A stretch of 58,844 nucleotides of DNA, counting the filler, from Asterionella formosa (lineage: Eukaryota), in assembly GCA_002256025.1 (NCBI GenBank). It is 6 parts of 6 records of this genome, joined end to end, with 100 filler letters (N's around TTAATTAATTAA, not from the genome) between each part and the next. Parts side by side here need not be neighbours in the genome. Positions count along the whole stretch, not along the records: positions 9,876 to 19,633 come from NKIB01010253.1; positions 19,734 to 29,451 come from NKIB01010285.1; 4 more parts are not named here. One strand, written 5' to 3'. Shown here piece by piece: positions 10,736 through 23,126 of the stretch. Made by a program: the position numbers and the translations under genes. Position 1 is the first letter of the stretch, and each line of letters starts with the position of its first letter. The notes under the pieces are model-generated. The model was not told the DNA's origin. It did no database searches and worked only from the letters and a program-made list of their open reading frames with translations.

Positions 10736-13629
10736 TACACCGGTATATTGCCGTTTACATGTAAATATACTGTATAAACATGATATGTTTGCATAAAAGG
10801 TATATTGTCATAGCTGAAAATAGTATACTTGATAGTACCATTATTAATAAAAATATACTTTATTCATATATAAATAATAACATTATATATCATATGATTA
10901 CTCGCTGACAAGATGAGGATGATCTCGTCCTCCACGACCACATGGCTCTTGTCGTTTCCTTGAGTGATGAGTTGCATTTCAGTTTTACCGGACACTTCGA
11001 CATTTATGTAGGTGAGATATGAACAGGCTACATACAATGAAATCCACACACGAGTGTACCACAGGACGGAATCCAGAATCCATTTGTATGCCATACTTGT
11101 TGTCGAAATACGCAACAAATTATAAATACACAATGCTTGTATGAAATCGTGCCTGAATTTGTACGGTTCACCCGGTATAGATAGTACACTCAATGCACCA
11201 TGTGACTACCAGTAGTATTTTGAGTTACTAGCTAGCAGTCCCCATATCGTGCTATTTCGAGGTGGTGTTTGATATGATCTCACATCATGAAAATAAACAG
11301 CAATTCAGATCGAAAATTTTTGGTCTGCTAAGATTTAACTGGCAACAAAAAGTACAAACTTTACTGTTTTGATTTGCTAGGTAATTAAGTCATCATGAAG
11401 AACAACTTGTATGAACAAGGACCAGCATTGTTATGTTTTGAGTTGTTGGAGAAGATCAATGGTCACAATGAAGAAGAATTCATATGGTCTGGGAGTAAAC
11501 AAGCAAAAACTAATTTGGGGTTAGCTGACAGATTATGTAAACAATCAATTCTACTTGAGTCCAGCTTTGTTTGACAAAGTATCGCCATGACAAAGAATAA
11601 TAATTCAAATGGAAAGAGAAATTCAATTTGGATCCAGTGAGCATTCAATCGAAAACAAACAGTTCGGTCAGGTTTGTGTCGACTCATTCGAAAAGTGCAT
11701 ACATACTGTTTCTTGTACAGGATAATCTGCCCTATCATTATATGATGAAGACTAGTGATGATTCCTATGGAAAGAAAATTCTATTTGGGTCTACTGAGAG
11801 TTGAACCAAATAAAGTAATTAGGTCTGTGTCGACTAGGTTGAAAACAGCTTTGTTGTGTTGGATAATCAAGGGTCATATCATGAAAGCTTATGATTCATA
11901 TTGAAAGTGAGACTCGGTTTGGGTCTGCTGAGAGTTCAACTCAATGAACCAATTCAATTTTTTGTCGAATAATTTAAGCTGTGAATATGTTGTTTTGAGC
12001 ACGATGAAAGACTTGCCTACAAATAGGGTAGTACAAATGCATGGGCCATAACAAATAGTATACTTTTTGGTTGAGGATAATTCATCGTCATGAAGAAGTT
12101 TATTAATTCATGAATTTGAAACCAAGATATGGTGTTGGTCCACTGACAGCCAGTTCAACTCCAGATATGTAATACAATTTGAGTTGCATCCACTTTTTAA
12201 AACGAAAACCACCAAAATAGCTGGTATTAAGTTGCTAATTCTATAATCATAACAAAGCATATTGACACATGTGGAGAGTGAAAATGTATTGGGGTTTGCT
12301 GACAGATTGATTAAAATCAAATTCTAGCTAATTGAGTGGAGTTTTGTTCGAAGAAGGGAAGGTTGGAATGATAAGCTGTCAAACATTAAAATGGTTCTGC
12401 TGAGTATAGCCAAGCTCTGTTGGAATGATGGAAGGAAGGGAAAGATTTGTGACAAAAGAAAATAATACAGTAGTAGCAAATCAAGAAAGTAAAAGAATAA
12501 ACATTTATTTTAATATTATCAAACATGCTTTACTTCTTAACTTGCTTGGCTTGCGCATTTCAACCTGCATCAACTATTCAATGACTTCCTGCAAGCAGGC
12601 CTACCAAGCGAAATAAGCATTCACTGGGCAGCCATCAAGTCTTGCAGCAATGAAATGATGGAACAAAGGCGCCATGGTGTGTAAGTGTGTTGTTGATCGT
12701 GATGCATGTCTCAAATTCTTTCAAACACACTTGAACTCATGAAAAACTTATCCGTATACACAAAACAGGATTCCATAAATTATTTTATCTTTTGGTAGGA
12801 TGCTACTACGATCTAGTACCAGGCAGGTACCAGACAATCGTCCGGGAGAATGCCGTGAAGGTGATCTTCAGTATAACTTCAACCGAAAATCACTAGCTTC
12901 ACCGCGTTCGTCTTGATGATCTACAGTTTGATCTTTTTATCAAATACCGGACAATTGTCCGATGAAGGTACACAGAATCCTGGTACTTTGTCCGGTAGAA
13001 CTGAAGTGATGTCAAACCACCAAACCATTCTTCTTTTTTCGTCGTGCGAGAGACGAATATATTCTCTCAGTCACATTTTGTGATGATCACGACATGTGTA
13101 CAGGCAGTCAACTGACTACCGTATTGTAGATAATGGCCGTCTTATCAATGAGTTCTTGCAGCTGTAACGAGTCCTCTTGGAGTTTCAAGAGGAACTGATG
13201 GAGCCTGCCATTATGCCCAAATCAATTTAAGACTAGACTTTCCTTTCAAGAATATCATGCCATTTGATACAGAGCACCCAAGACGATGTTCGTGACAATG
13301 TGTTCCCTTTCACTCTTGTTTGCTTGATGCTCTTACGCGGTATGAGGTCGTTGAAGAATAAAGCATTCAGAAATAAGCGAACCAAGCATCAACGAGGTGT
13401 CACATCTGACACCAATGCCATATCCTTCGATCTTGACGACTGCTAACCAGCGAGCGATGAGGAATCGTGGCCCTTTTTCTGTGATTGAAATAAGCAAAGC
13501 GAACCCCTCGAACATGGATATCGTACAACGCTGCTTGCTTGGCACATATTTTTAGTGACTTTGCAACCCCTTTGATCCTTGATTAACGGACGCACATCCC
13601 TGATTCTTACCACATCAATTAATGGCGTC

Positions 13630-15304
13630 ATGAAGCTCATCATGGTCTCTCAGATTCTTGCCCTTGCTTTCATGGTTGTTGCCCCTGTTGGGGCACGTAT
13701 TCTTGCAACTTGTGCTGAAACACCGGGATACTACTTTGACAAGGCCCTTCAAAAATGCGTCAAGGCCTGTGATGCAAGTAACAATGTTGTTTTGTTTGGA
13801 CACAAATTTTCTTGTAGCATTAAATCATTGACGACTGAAATGCTGAAATACTCCAACTCCAGAGCCATTCCACAATCCATTGTCGGACTAACTCAGTTAA
13901 CCACATTGGAATTGCATTCTGGTATCAAAAGAATAATTCCCAGTGAACTGGGCAAGCTCACAACTCTAACACATTTGGATTTAAACTGGAATGACATTTT
14001 CATTGACCATTCCTAGTGAGTTGGGGAAGCTCACCCTTCTCACATGCTTGGATATCTCTCAAAATGACATCAGTGGTACTATTACTCATGAATTGAGTAT
14101 GCTTGCAAAGGCAACCTCCATGTATTTGAATGACAACTCACTCAGAGGAACCATTCCTTCAAAATTCAGTGTGCTCTTGAATCTGAAATCAATAAATTTG
14201 GAACAGAATCATTTGTCTGGAAAGATTCCTTCAGAATTGGAAAAACTGACCCTTCTGACATCCATGGAGATGACAGGGAATAATCTTTCTGGAAAGATTC
14301 CTTCAGAATTGGGAAAGCTCACCCTTTTGACATCCATTGGGTTGTCAAAAAATTTGGCCCTTGCTGGTGCGATTCCTAGTTCATTTAGCCAACTCAGTCT
14401 TCTGTACTCATTGGACCTTTCTTTCAACAGTCTCAATGCGATTCCTAGTATGTTGGGCAAGCTCACTTCTCTGCGATATTTGAATCTTTCATACAACAAT
14501 ATCAATGGAGCTATTCCCAGTTCATTTGGCAAGTTGAAGGGATTATACTCATTGGACTTGAGTGACAACAGCCTATATGGAACTATTCCACGTGTATTGG
14601 GCCAACTTAGCACGCTGTCTGAAATGGATCTCAGCTCCAATAAGCTAAATGGACCTATGCCTGGTGTTTTGGGACAGATGACGGGATTGTATACTTTGGA
14701 TTTGAGTTCCAACAATTTCAATGGAACTATTCCTAGTCCATTGGGTCAACTTAGCAATATGGGTCACATGGATTTGAGTTCCAACAACCTTAAAGGGTCT
14801 ATTCCTGGTGTTTTTGGTCAGATGAAGGGGTTGTACAGATTGTCTTTGAATAAAAACAATCTTATTGGAACTATTCCTCCTGCATTCGGCCAACTCAGCA
14901 ATCTGTATGATTTGGATTTGAGTTTCAACAAGCTGAATGGAACTATTCCTCCTGCATTAGGCCAAATCATTTACCAGGGGCGATTGGATTTGAGTTCCAA
15001 CAAACTCAATGGCACTATTCCTCCTGCATTGGGCAAAATCAACAATCTGTATGAGTTGGATTTGAGTTCCAACAAGCTCAATGGAGGGATTCCTAGTTCG
15101 CTGGGCCAGTTGACATCATTGACATCTATGTTTCTTCATTCCAACAATTTGAAAGGCTTAATACCAGCTGCCATTTGCAGTTTGAGAGTTCAGGGAAATC
15201 CTAATGATAATTATTATTACCTCATGACTCTCACTGCTGATTGCGGAGGGTCCCCTCCTGAGGTGAAATGCACATGTTGCACATCATGCCACAAGGATTC
15301 ATGA
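13630..15304 (+). CDS. Secreted leucine-rich repeat protein with an apparent 1-nt frameshift at 13997-14000
   Basis: Signal peptide MKLIMVSQILALAFMVVAPVGA; many 24-aa plant-type LRRs (LDLSSNKLNGTIPPALG); C-terminal LTADC..VKCTCCTSC cap typical of diatom LRR proteins. Removing one T from the T4 run joins ORFs 13579-14016 and 13991-15304. Confidence 0.85.
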
Positions 15305-16873
15305 ATACAGACAAAACCAACCGGGTTGAGTCAAGCCATAGTACTGCTCCTTCACTCAACACTGACATTGTCTTCCATCACATGATTAATTTTAAATCTG
15401 TAGCCTTTCAAATGTTACATTTTTTCTATAACATACACACTTTACTTTTGTCCTCGTTAAGAAATCAATACACATAGAGACTGGTAGTTGTACAGTGGAC
15501 CAGACCAACTATTCGCGAATTTCTTAGAGGTATATGCCTGTTGAAGTACATTGAATCAAGTAAGGAGCATCACATGGAATTCACTACTACTCTGGATTCT
15601 TTATAGCTAATATACATGCACTTTTGTATTATCATTTCAGTAGCATTATTAAATGTTTTTAACAGTCAATGGATTTGGAGTTGGCTCAAGCATTGTTGAT
15701 AGTTTCATTTGCTATTGGTGTTGCACCAGTACTTAATAGTAATGTTGACTCAAGCAAGAAGCATAGCTACATTGGCAAAAGGGTTTGATACATTGTTGGT
15801 ACTAAGGGTAGTAAGAAGGCAGTTGGATATTGACTTGTCCTCCTCGTCAATGATGAAGGCATGTTGCTTGGAATCAGTCATCAAAATTGTTGGGATCGGT
15901 GATGCTTTTTTATTTATTAAATAGTGGCATCAGGGAGGACTTGAGGGTAAACAAATCACTTAGGCATATCAGGGGGATTACTAGCTAGTGATTTGGTCAG
16001 CACCACAGAATTCTTAACAGCTGGCATTGCAATAGTAAGCATTGAAAATGGCGTTCCAGTAGTTTGCTGATATGATGTAGAGATGGTTGTGATGTATTTT
16101 TATAAGCAAATAACAAAAATCTTTGCTATTGCATTTCACAGAAGATGTGAAAAAGCTAGTTCGAGGCAACAATAGTAATAACGCTGATGACCCCTTCATG
16201 TAGTGGCATCAAATTCTTCACAGAAACATGCCATAGCAAAAAGTGCATTTCTTGTAAATCAGCAACATGATTCATAACATTATTTATCTCATTTTTATCC
16301 AAAACTTAACAATACGTTTTACCTGTAAGAAGGAATCAACCTGAATCCTGCTTGACTGCTACTCCCTCTCCAATTGCTTTCCATACTCAAATACAAATTC
16401 AAAGCATATGGTACCCTGATACTGGTTCCATATGAATAATCAACAATGTCAGCCCTATGGAAATAACCCCATGGAGCAAGGCTTCAATTGAACCAGGACA
16501 AGCCGGTCAATCTGTGACCATTCAGCCAAAAACTGAGCAATTCATATAATTTTGCACTGGCTGGTTTAATGATAGCAGCCTTCATCATCTCGCAATCCAA
16601 CAACTCATTTCTGCTCACAGATACTACGTATTTTTGAAAATATTGTGAGATAAATCAAATAACATGCAATAGGATCGCTGTATTCTCATTGAGGTGGAGA
16701 GGGGAAAAACAGGAGTTCAGGCATTCAAACATTCTGTTCTGGTAAATCAAGCCCTCTCATTGGATGCCTTTTTTGTATGACGGCTTCACATCATCGGAAC
16801 CAAGAGAGGCTGCATAGATACAGTAGATCCTCTCAGACAAGGTGAAATAGATGGACCCTATAATACAGATAAT

Positions 16874-17245
16874 GATAATCTGTTTTATAGCCCATTCGAA
16901 AGCCCCTTTTCAAGGTAAGTATTCATTGCGCTGCCTGCCAACAAGATCTGTGCGTCCCTAGCTAGTGCTGTTAGCATAGGTGAGTCCCCAACCACCTTTC
17001 ACAAAAGGTGATTGTCTTACCTGCAGTGTTAGGGGAAACTCTGACCACCTAGGAAGGCGTCACAAGCTGCTTATAGGGAGGCAAACCCACTAGTTCTGGC
17101 ACACCAGGCAAGACTGTGTGTGACGGTAAGGAGTGTGGGAGTCAAACCCAACAATCATTGCTTCTCCAAAAACTTGTGGGAATCAAATCACACAACTTCA
17201 GATCAAAGGCAACATGCTCAACCAAAAACCGTAGGCCATTTCCTC
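16874..17245 (-). mobile_element. tRNA-derived SINE-like element, family A, copy 1
   Basis: Colinear with 24501-24865 over ~370 bp. Minus-strand 5' head has degenerate A/B boxes (tggcctacgg...tggttgagc; gggtttgactccc). Confidence 0.7.
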
Positions 17246-17573
17246 CCTATAATACAGACACTATATTCAATTGTCAACAAATTTTCAGCGTTGTGCATCG
17301 TAAAGGGCAAAATTACTTATATTTCGAGGATTTACCCAAGTGTTGCTCTCGCCCCATAAAAATTCAAGCATATTCACCTAATATGAGCAAACGAACAAAA
17401 ATTGATTTAAATTTATATTTAAAGCAGTTATTAGGCAATGCAGTGACATTTAATGATAGCATGGAGACATCAGGAATACAATAAACAAGAAGAATTAAAG
17501 TGTTATGAAAAGAAAAAAGTCTACTAAATAAATGGCATAAACGGTCCCTCCGCACTATGTAGGGATCCCTGTT

Positions 17574-18911
17574 TCATATGAGATAAGTTCCTCGATAAGA
17601 TTCAGCAAGTGATTTGAATCCATACACTTCAAAGTTCATGACCTCAAACGTGCCTCCTAGATCTGGAACAAGCGGTTCATTTCCAAATGTAGAGCATCGT
17701 CCTGTAGTTCCACGCGAAAAGCTTTCATTTACAATCAAACCAAAAGCACCACCACCACCCATAGCCAGTTGTCGGCCATTGCAATATTGACAGTAAGAAT
17801 TCTTTCCTGTCCATTTGTAGATACAAAATGGATCTTTCTGATTGAGGTCATTTGAATGACTGGAGAAAAGAAATGATTGACCATTCCCATAGAACTCTGA
17901 TCCTGACTTCGAGGACTTTTCTCCTCCGTTCCAAGGAGATGCAGCAAAACCTCCGATCACATCCCCCTTGGCTGTCTCGATGAGAAGAAGTGTGTTGGAA
18001 TAGCCATTGCAGTGATATAGCATGGTCTGAAGCGAGTCTCCATCACGTCCAAGGGCAAAGATTCGCCGCCATTGCATCGTTGTCACAGCAGCTGGGAGGG
18101 CTTGATCCATGAGTTGCTGAATCATAATAGGCGTCAAAAGTTGAGGGCAACTAGCCAGCAACCATGATGGTTCTACTTCGATGTTCACTGGGTACACGAT
18201 GGCCTCCTCATCAAGGACAGCATCGGATAATGTCGAGACATCATCGTCTTGGGGCTTTTCAAAAGCCTCAGGGTCTAACGGGGAAAAAAGAGCCAAGCCG
18301 ACTTCACCAACTAGTGCTTTCAAAGGGGATGGCTCGCTTCTCTCCGATGCATAGCTCTGAATGTCTAAAGATCGCTCCGATGCCGCGCGCAATCCAATAA
18401 GGCACTGTGATATACGCTTCTTCTTAGTAGCTTGTCGATGTGATTCTTCTACCACTTCCAAGAATTTGGATGTTCGCCTTGTAAGATCACTGCTTGCTTT
18501 CGTCAAGACAGCAACAGTTTTTTGAACAGGAATAAGCACGACACTCACGTGATGTGTCGGTTCCGATGTTGACGCCAGCGTCACCTTCCGTCTCTTGCCG
18601 GTTTGGCGTCTTGATGGCGAAATGGCCCCAAGTGTTTCCAAAGCTGAATTCTTCTTGAAGCTAATACGTCTTTCGTTCAATAGGGTGCGATTGAAACCTC
18701 CCATTTTCATTTTGACCGGACTGAACATCGGAGATTCGAGATCAGTAGATCTATTAGAGTTCGCGTGGAAGTTCGAAACTACTGCTGGCTTTCGAACTGA
18801 AGTGACGACTCTCCTCACACTGCCGACCTCATCATAGTTCAATGGCCTGGCACCGAATCCGAGCCCTGATGTGTGGATCGAATGGAACGTGTTGCGGATT
18901 ACAACAACCAT
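17574..18911 (-). CDS. TLDc-domain protein (OXR1/NCOA7-like)
   Basis: C-terminal TLDc motifs WRRIFALGRDGDSL, GDVIGGFA, FYGNGQSFLF, YKWTGKN, LAMGGGGAFGL, CSTFGNEPL, FEVYGF. First in-frame ATG at 18911. Confidence 0.9.
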   Translation of the reverse strand: MVVVIRNTFHSIHTSGLGFGARPLNYDEVGSVRRVVTSVRKPAVVSNFHANSNRSTDLESPMFSPVKMKMGGFNRTLLNERRISFKKNSALETLGAISPSRRQTGKRRKVTLASTSEPTHHVSVVLIPVQKTVAVLTKASSDLTRRTSKFLEVVEESHRQATKKKRISQCLIGLRAASERSLDIQSYASERSEPSPLKALVGEVGLALFSPLDPEAFEKPQDDDVSTLSDAVLDEEAIVYPVNIEVEPSWLLASCPQLLTPIMIQQLMDQALPAAVTTMQWRRIFALGRDGDSLQTMLYHCNGYSNTLLLIETAKGDVIGGFAASPWNGGEKSSKSGSEFYGNGQSFLFSSHSNDLNQKDPFCIYKWTGKNSYCQYCNGRQLAMGGGGAFGLIVNESFSRGTTGRCSTFGNEPLVPDLGGTFEVMNFEVYGFKSLAESYRGTYLI

Positions 18912-19096
18912 GGTCCATGCATGCAATTAGGGATATTACCTGGTATCAGGGAACTGGTATATGACGATGACGGGTGAATCTGGTTCGTGAAGAACAAATA
19001 ACAAGGCTGGTGTCGCCGGCCACTCTGCGCCTTAGCATCATCAGTTCGCCACCCTCAGAAACAGACTTCTCATTTCCACTTCATTTTCTTCGCTCG

Positions 19097-19633
19097 GCAA
19101 TTCCCGCTCCAGCTATCGTCTTGCCATTCGGGTACTTCTAAGTAATTTTTAGTCTCTAAGTAATTTCTTAAGTAATTTTTATTTAGGGGCTATATGGGGC
19201 ACATCGAATTTTTCGGCAATAAAATTGCCGATTTTAGCATGACAACCAAAATAACGGTAATATGCATGGAGATGGTACAACAAGCGTAAAACACACGAGA
19301 ATGATTGTAACATGCAACATCAATGAAAATTGAACATGATGTTTGGAGCAACCAAAGTATGAAATGCGATGTAATAAGTTGCATCAAATGAGAAATAGAA
19401 AAAATTGTTTTCGGTTAGAAATGAAATAAAAAATAAGAGTTCCACTGGAGCGTATGCATTGTGAATCATTGTAGTACTTACACACCAGGCAACATTCACT
19501 TTCCATCACCACACAATCGAAGACCAAAATAAGAAGGGAAAAGCTGAACCCAATCTTGACCTACATCGTTATGTAGCGTAAATGGTCTGGTTTCTGCAAC
19601 CATGCGCATCGCTGTAGTAGCCTGACACCAGTA
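19097..19633 (+). mobile_element. Non-autonomous DNA-transposon/MITE-like end (terminus GCAATTCCCGCTCCAGCT), truncated by a gap
   Basis: 19097-19525 is an inverted near-copy of 27676-28110. The same terminus recurs at 26734 and 26919. 19555-19633 matches 40261-40338. Subterminal ctaagtaattt repeats. Confidence 0.75.
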
Positions 19634-19793
19634 NNNNNNNNNNNNNNNNNNNNNNNNNNNNNNNNNNNNNNNNNNNNTTAATTAATTAANNNNNNNNNNN
19701 NNNNNNNNNNNNNNNNNNNNNNNNNNNNNNNNNATCTGCGCATCACCACCATTGAACCAACGGCAGATAGTGCCCACTTGTTTTCGTCGGAAC

Positions 19794-22700
19794 ATGACGG
19801 AAAGCGACTCAGACACTGATTTCGATCCCAACGACTTTCAGCCCTCCGGTCTTTCTCAAAGCTCGGGTTCTTCCATGAACAAGAAATCAGCTGCAGCGAT
19901 CAGAAAAGATCGCGGCCAATCTGCGCAAGTGTCGACAAGAGAAGAAAATGCCCTGGAACGAGACAAGCAAAAGATTTCTTACATGATCGTTCCTAAGGAA
20001 ATGAACCACACGTCGAAGCTACTGTGGCACGTGTACACTGACAAGAAGACTCGTCGTGTTCTTCCGTGTCGTCTCTGTCACAAGGACGAAGCGATTGGGC
20101 TAGCCTTGCAAAAAAAGTGGGACGAAAAGAAAAAGGTATTGGTAGAATACATTGGGTATCAACAAAAGTCTCAACGATCTGTCGTCAACAAGAATCAGGT
20201 CAAGCCTTACGGCGTGGGCGAAACCTTTGATCCAGAGTACCTGAAAGAGTACTTGACGAGTTTGACAACGAACCAACGATTGGAGGAATTGTTGCTACAC
20301 CGTTATTTGGAAGAAGCTTTGGAACGGGAAGGAGCGGAAGCGTCGAAGGATGTGGATCCGGAGCCAAGCGACGATGACGATGACGTGGACATATCCGAAC
20401 CTGTGTATACTTCACCAACAATCCAACCTTCGACGACAGCTGGAGGTTACAAGGAAGAAACGCTAAAGGCAGGGGACGAAGTTGAGTACACCTCGCCTAT
20501 TTTCGTCTGTGGAGATGCCAGAGGGTACAGGAAAACAATCGTCATGGAAATTCGGCCAAGGGAGAATCCGATACTCAAGCTCCAAAATGCCGAAATTTTG
20601 CTCAATTCTACCATGATCCGACGAGTACGCATCATGAAGAGGGGTAAATTGGTGGAAAATCCTGCAGGAGTCTCTAGACCGGTGGATTCGTATAAATTGC
20701 GGACTGACAAGATTGAAGGAGCCGATAATGTCGTACAAGATCGACTTGCTCGAGAAAGTCGGGCCTTGGGTCAAATTGTGGACAAGCTGGCCAAAAAGAT
20801 AAGTGAAACAACGAAAGATGCCGGATACGGAGAGCTAGAGGAAGATTTCCTCTTGGGATCCAAACGGAAGCAACAGGCTTCGAAATCGACAAGGGTTGCC
20901 AAGGCATGCCTTGAAGCAAGAACTGATGATTGCCTAAAGAACACTAAACAAAAAGAAGCCACGAAAAAATACAATTTAAAGTCAACGGATGATTCAATTC
21001 CTTTGTGGAAGTCAAATTTATTGAAGCAGATTGAATCCATTCATGTGAACAAGACAAAGCGAAGGAGCTCACCACCACATATGACAGAAGAACAAATTGA
21101 ATTGGCTATTCAAGCTATGGAGAATTTACAAAAATTGTCAATGTCCATTGATGATCTCGCAAAGCTACTCAAAGCTGATGTAAGAGTATTGGATTACTTC
21201 CTGAAGGGTGACACTGATGCAAGAGTACGAATACAGTATCACAACGAGATGCAAATTTTGCTTGAGAAATGGATTGGTATGGACAAAGCACTACTCATCA
21301 AGGAGACTTCGAAGAAGGCTGTAGCTACCGCAAAATGTAGGAACGATCAAGACGAGGGTAGTCCAAAGTCGATCATTGAAATGCTCAAAACAAAACCGGT
21401 AGTTGTGGCCCCAGGCAAAAGGGTCGACTCTAAACATGTTGAAGTCATCCATCCGGAATCGGCCGAAAACCATTCATCGGTCGCTGTACTCAAGAATAAT
21501 AGGAAAGGGATGGCCAAGACGTCGACAGAGGGTGACCTGCAACTGCCAAAGGAAGTGGAAACCAATATGATTATGGTAACAAGCATTGAAGCTGAATGGA
21601 AGGCGAGGCTTCTAGAATTAGTGGAAAATGCTAGAAACCCCAAGGCTAGTCATCGTGGTTCCCCACCGTACATGTCTATCAAACAGCTTCTGCTTGCAAT
21701 AGATATTCGTCAGATAATGGAACTTTCTCAGATTTCTATTGATAATTTGGCCAACCATATAGTCGTCGCGACCAGAAATCTTGAATATTTTTTGAGCGGC
21801 GACGAATCCAAAAAAGTGTCTGCCACTCAGCATCGAGTAATACAAGAGAAGTTGGAAAAATGGAAGGCAAGTAAGTCGATTATGGAACTTGAGAAACCCG
21901 CGCAAGAATCAAAGCGTGAAATTTCGCAAGTGACAGCCAATATTCCGGAATGGAAGCTTCATCTCCTGAGGTTACTAGAAAATAACCGAATCGCCAAATT
22001 GAAACGTCGTAGTGCGCCGCCTCACATGACTGAGGAAAATCTTGAGCTCGCGATCAAAGTTCGGGAGAAAATGGACATTATGGGAATCGACGTGGGCTCT
22101 TTGGCGATGATAATCCCGACGTTACCAGTTAGGATCCTTGAACATTTTTTGAAAGGAGACGAAGGGAAGCAAGTGTTCGCGCGGCAGCTTCAAGAAACAC
22201 ATGTGTTGTTGGCTCAATGGCTGACAAGCGAATCGGGTCGCGTGAACACACCAACCGACGACATATCTGAGCGTTTCAGCAGGAAAAGAAAGTTTCCAGA
22301 GGAAAACAAGGGTCATTCAGAAAACAAAAGTGGTGACGCGCAAATAGAAATCGAGAACGTAGCGCCTGTTGTTGATATATCAATGCAGTCGGATAAGAAA
22401 AAAAAGAGCCTTCAACTCGAAGAACTTAAGGAAAAGGGTGACAATGGACCCATTTCCCCCGGAGTTCAACTTCCAGATTTTTCCAATGGCAAAGCGGATG
22501 CACACCGCAAAAAATTTGAGGAAGCATCCGATACAAGCAAGCAGGAGGAATGCAGCAGTGATATGACAGCGAGCCCCAAAATCGAAAAACTCAACAGAAC
22601 GGGTGACACCGAACCTAGTACAACCGGAGTTCAACCTTCAGATTCTTCCGATGGCAAAATGGTCATACAATACGAAAATATCGAGGTTGCATCCGAAAAG

Positions 22701-23126
22701 TGCAAGGATGAAGAACGCAACAGTGATTTGATGGTAGATTCGTCGTCAGATTCTTCCAGCGAAGCGCCGCTGATTGACAGTAAAATTGATTTTGAATCCC
22801 AGCTCTGTGGACAGTTGGCAATTTGCTCAACGGGGGAGACGCGTATGACGAAAAACCAACTTGAGTTGGCCCTTTGCGTTCATCGTCGTATCGTCAAAAT
22901 CAACATGACAATTAATGCACTAGCTGAAGCCTTGGACTTGCCATTGATTGGCTTGGCCCGATTTTTGGAAGGCGACCCTGACAAAGTGATGGGCAAAGAA
23001 TCGCACAAAGATACGGAAATTTGCCTTGCGAAATGGCTAGACAATGAATTCTCGAAAAAAGAAATAACCCTCAGAGAGAGAAAGATGACTCATATCGAAA
23101 TCGTCTCGTCAGGGGAGTCGTTATAG
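19794..23126 (+). CDS. Uncharacterised ~1110-aa putative nuclear protein: PWWP/Tudor-like N-terminus plus four lambda-repressor-like HTH repeats
   Basis: Long intact ORF with ATG at 19794. Four ~85-90-aa repeats (W/F..LL...MT..QLELA....M.I..LA......L..FL.GD......L.KW). The N-terminal VLPCRLC...VLVEYIGY and LKAGDEVEYTSPIFVCGD segments look beta-barrel-like. Domain assignments are inference. Confidence 0.75.
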   Translation: MTESDSDTDFDPNDFQPSGLSQSSGSSMNKKSAAAIRKDRGQSAQVSTREENALERDKQKISYMIVPKEMNHTSKLLWHVYTDKKTRRVLPCRLCHKDEAIGLALQKKWDEKKKVLVEYIGYQQKSQRSVVNKNQVKPYGVGETFDPEYLKEYLTSLTTNQRLEELLLHRYLEEALEREGAEASKDVDPEPSDDDDDVDISEPVYTSPTIQPSTTAGGYKEETLKAGDEVEYTSPIFVCGDARGYRKTIVMEIRPRENPILKLQNAEILLNSTMIRRVRIMKRGKLVENPAGVSRPVDSYKLRTDKIEGADNVVQDRLARESRALGQIVDKLAKKISETTKDAGYGELEEDFLLGSKRKQQASKSTRVAKACLEARTDDCLKNTKQKEATKKYNLKSTDDSIPLWKSNLLKQIESIHVNKTKRRSSPPHMTEEQIELAIQAMENLQKLSMSIDDLAKLLKADVRVLDYFLKGDTDARVRIQYHNEMQILLEKWIGMDKALLIKETSKKAVATAKCRNDQDEGSPKSIIEMLKTKPVVVAPGKRVDSKHVEVIHPESAENHSSVAVLKNNRKGMAKTSTEGDLQLPKEVETNMIMVTSIEAEWKARLLELVENARNPKASHRGSPPYMSIKQLLLAIDIRQIMELSQISIDNLANHIVVATRNLEYFLSGDESKKVSATQHRVIQEKLEKWKASKSIMELEKPAQESKREISQVTANIPEWKLHLLRLLENNRIAKLKRRSAPPHMTEENLELAIKVREKMDIMGIDVGSLAMIIPTLPVRILEHFLKGDEGKQVFARQLQETHVLLAQWLTSESGRVNTPTDDISERFSRKRKFPEENKGHSENKSGDAQIEIENVAPVVDISMQSDKKKKSLQLEELKEKGDNGPISPGVQLPDFSNGKADAHRKKFEEASDTSKQEECSSDMTASPKIEKLNRTGDTEPSTTGVQPSDSSDGKMVIQYENIEVASEKCKDEERNSDLMVDSSSDSSSEAPLIDSKIDFESQLCGQLAICSTGETRMTKNQLELALCVHRRIVKINMTINALAEALDLPLIGLARFLEGDPDKVMGKESHKDTEICLAKWLDNEFSKKEITLRERKMTHIEIVSSGESL

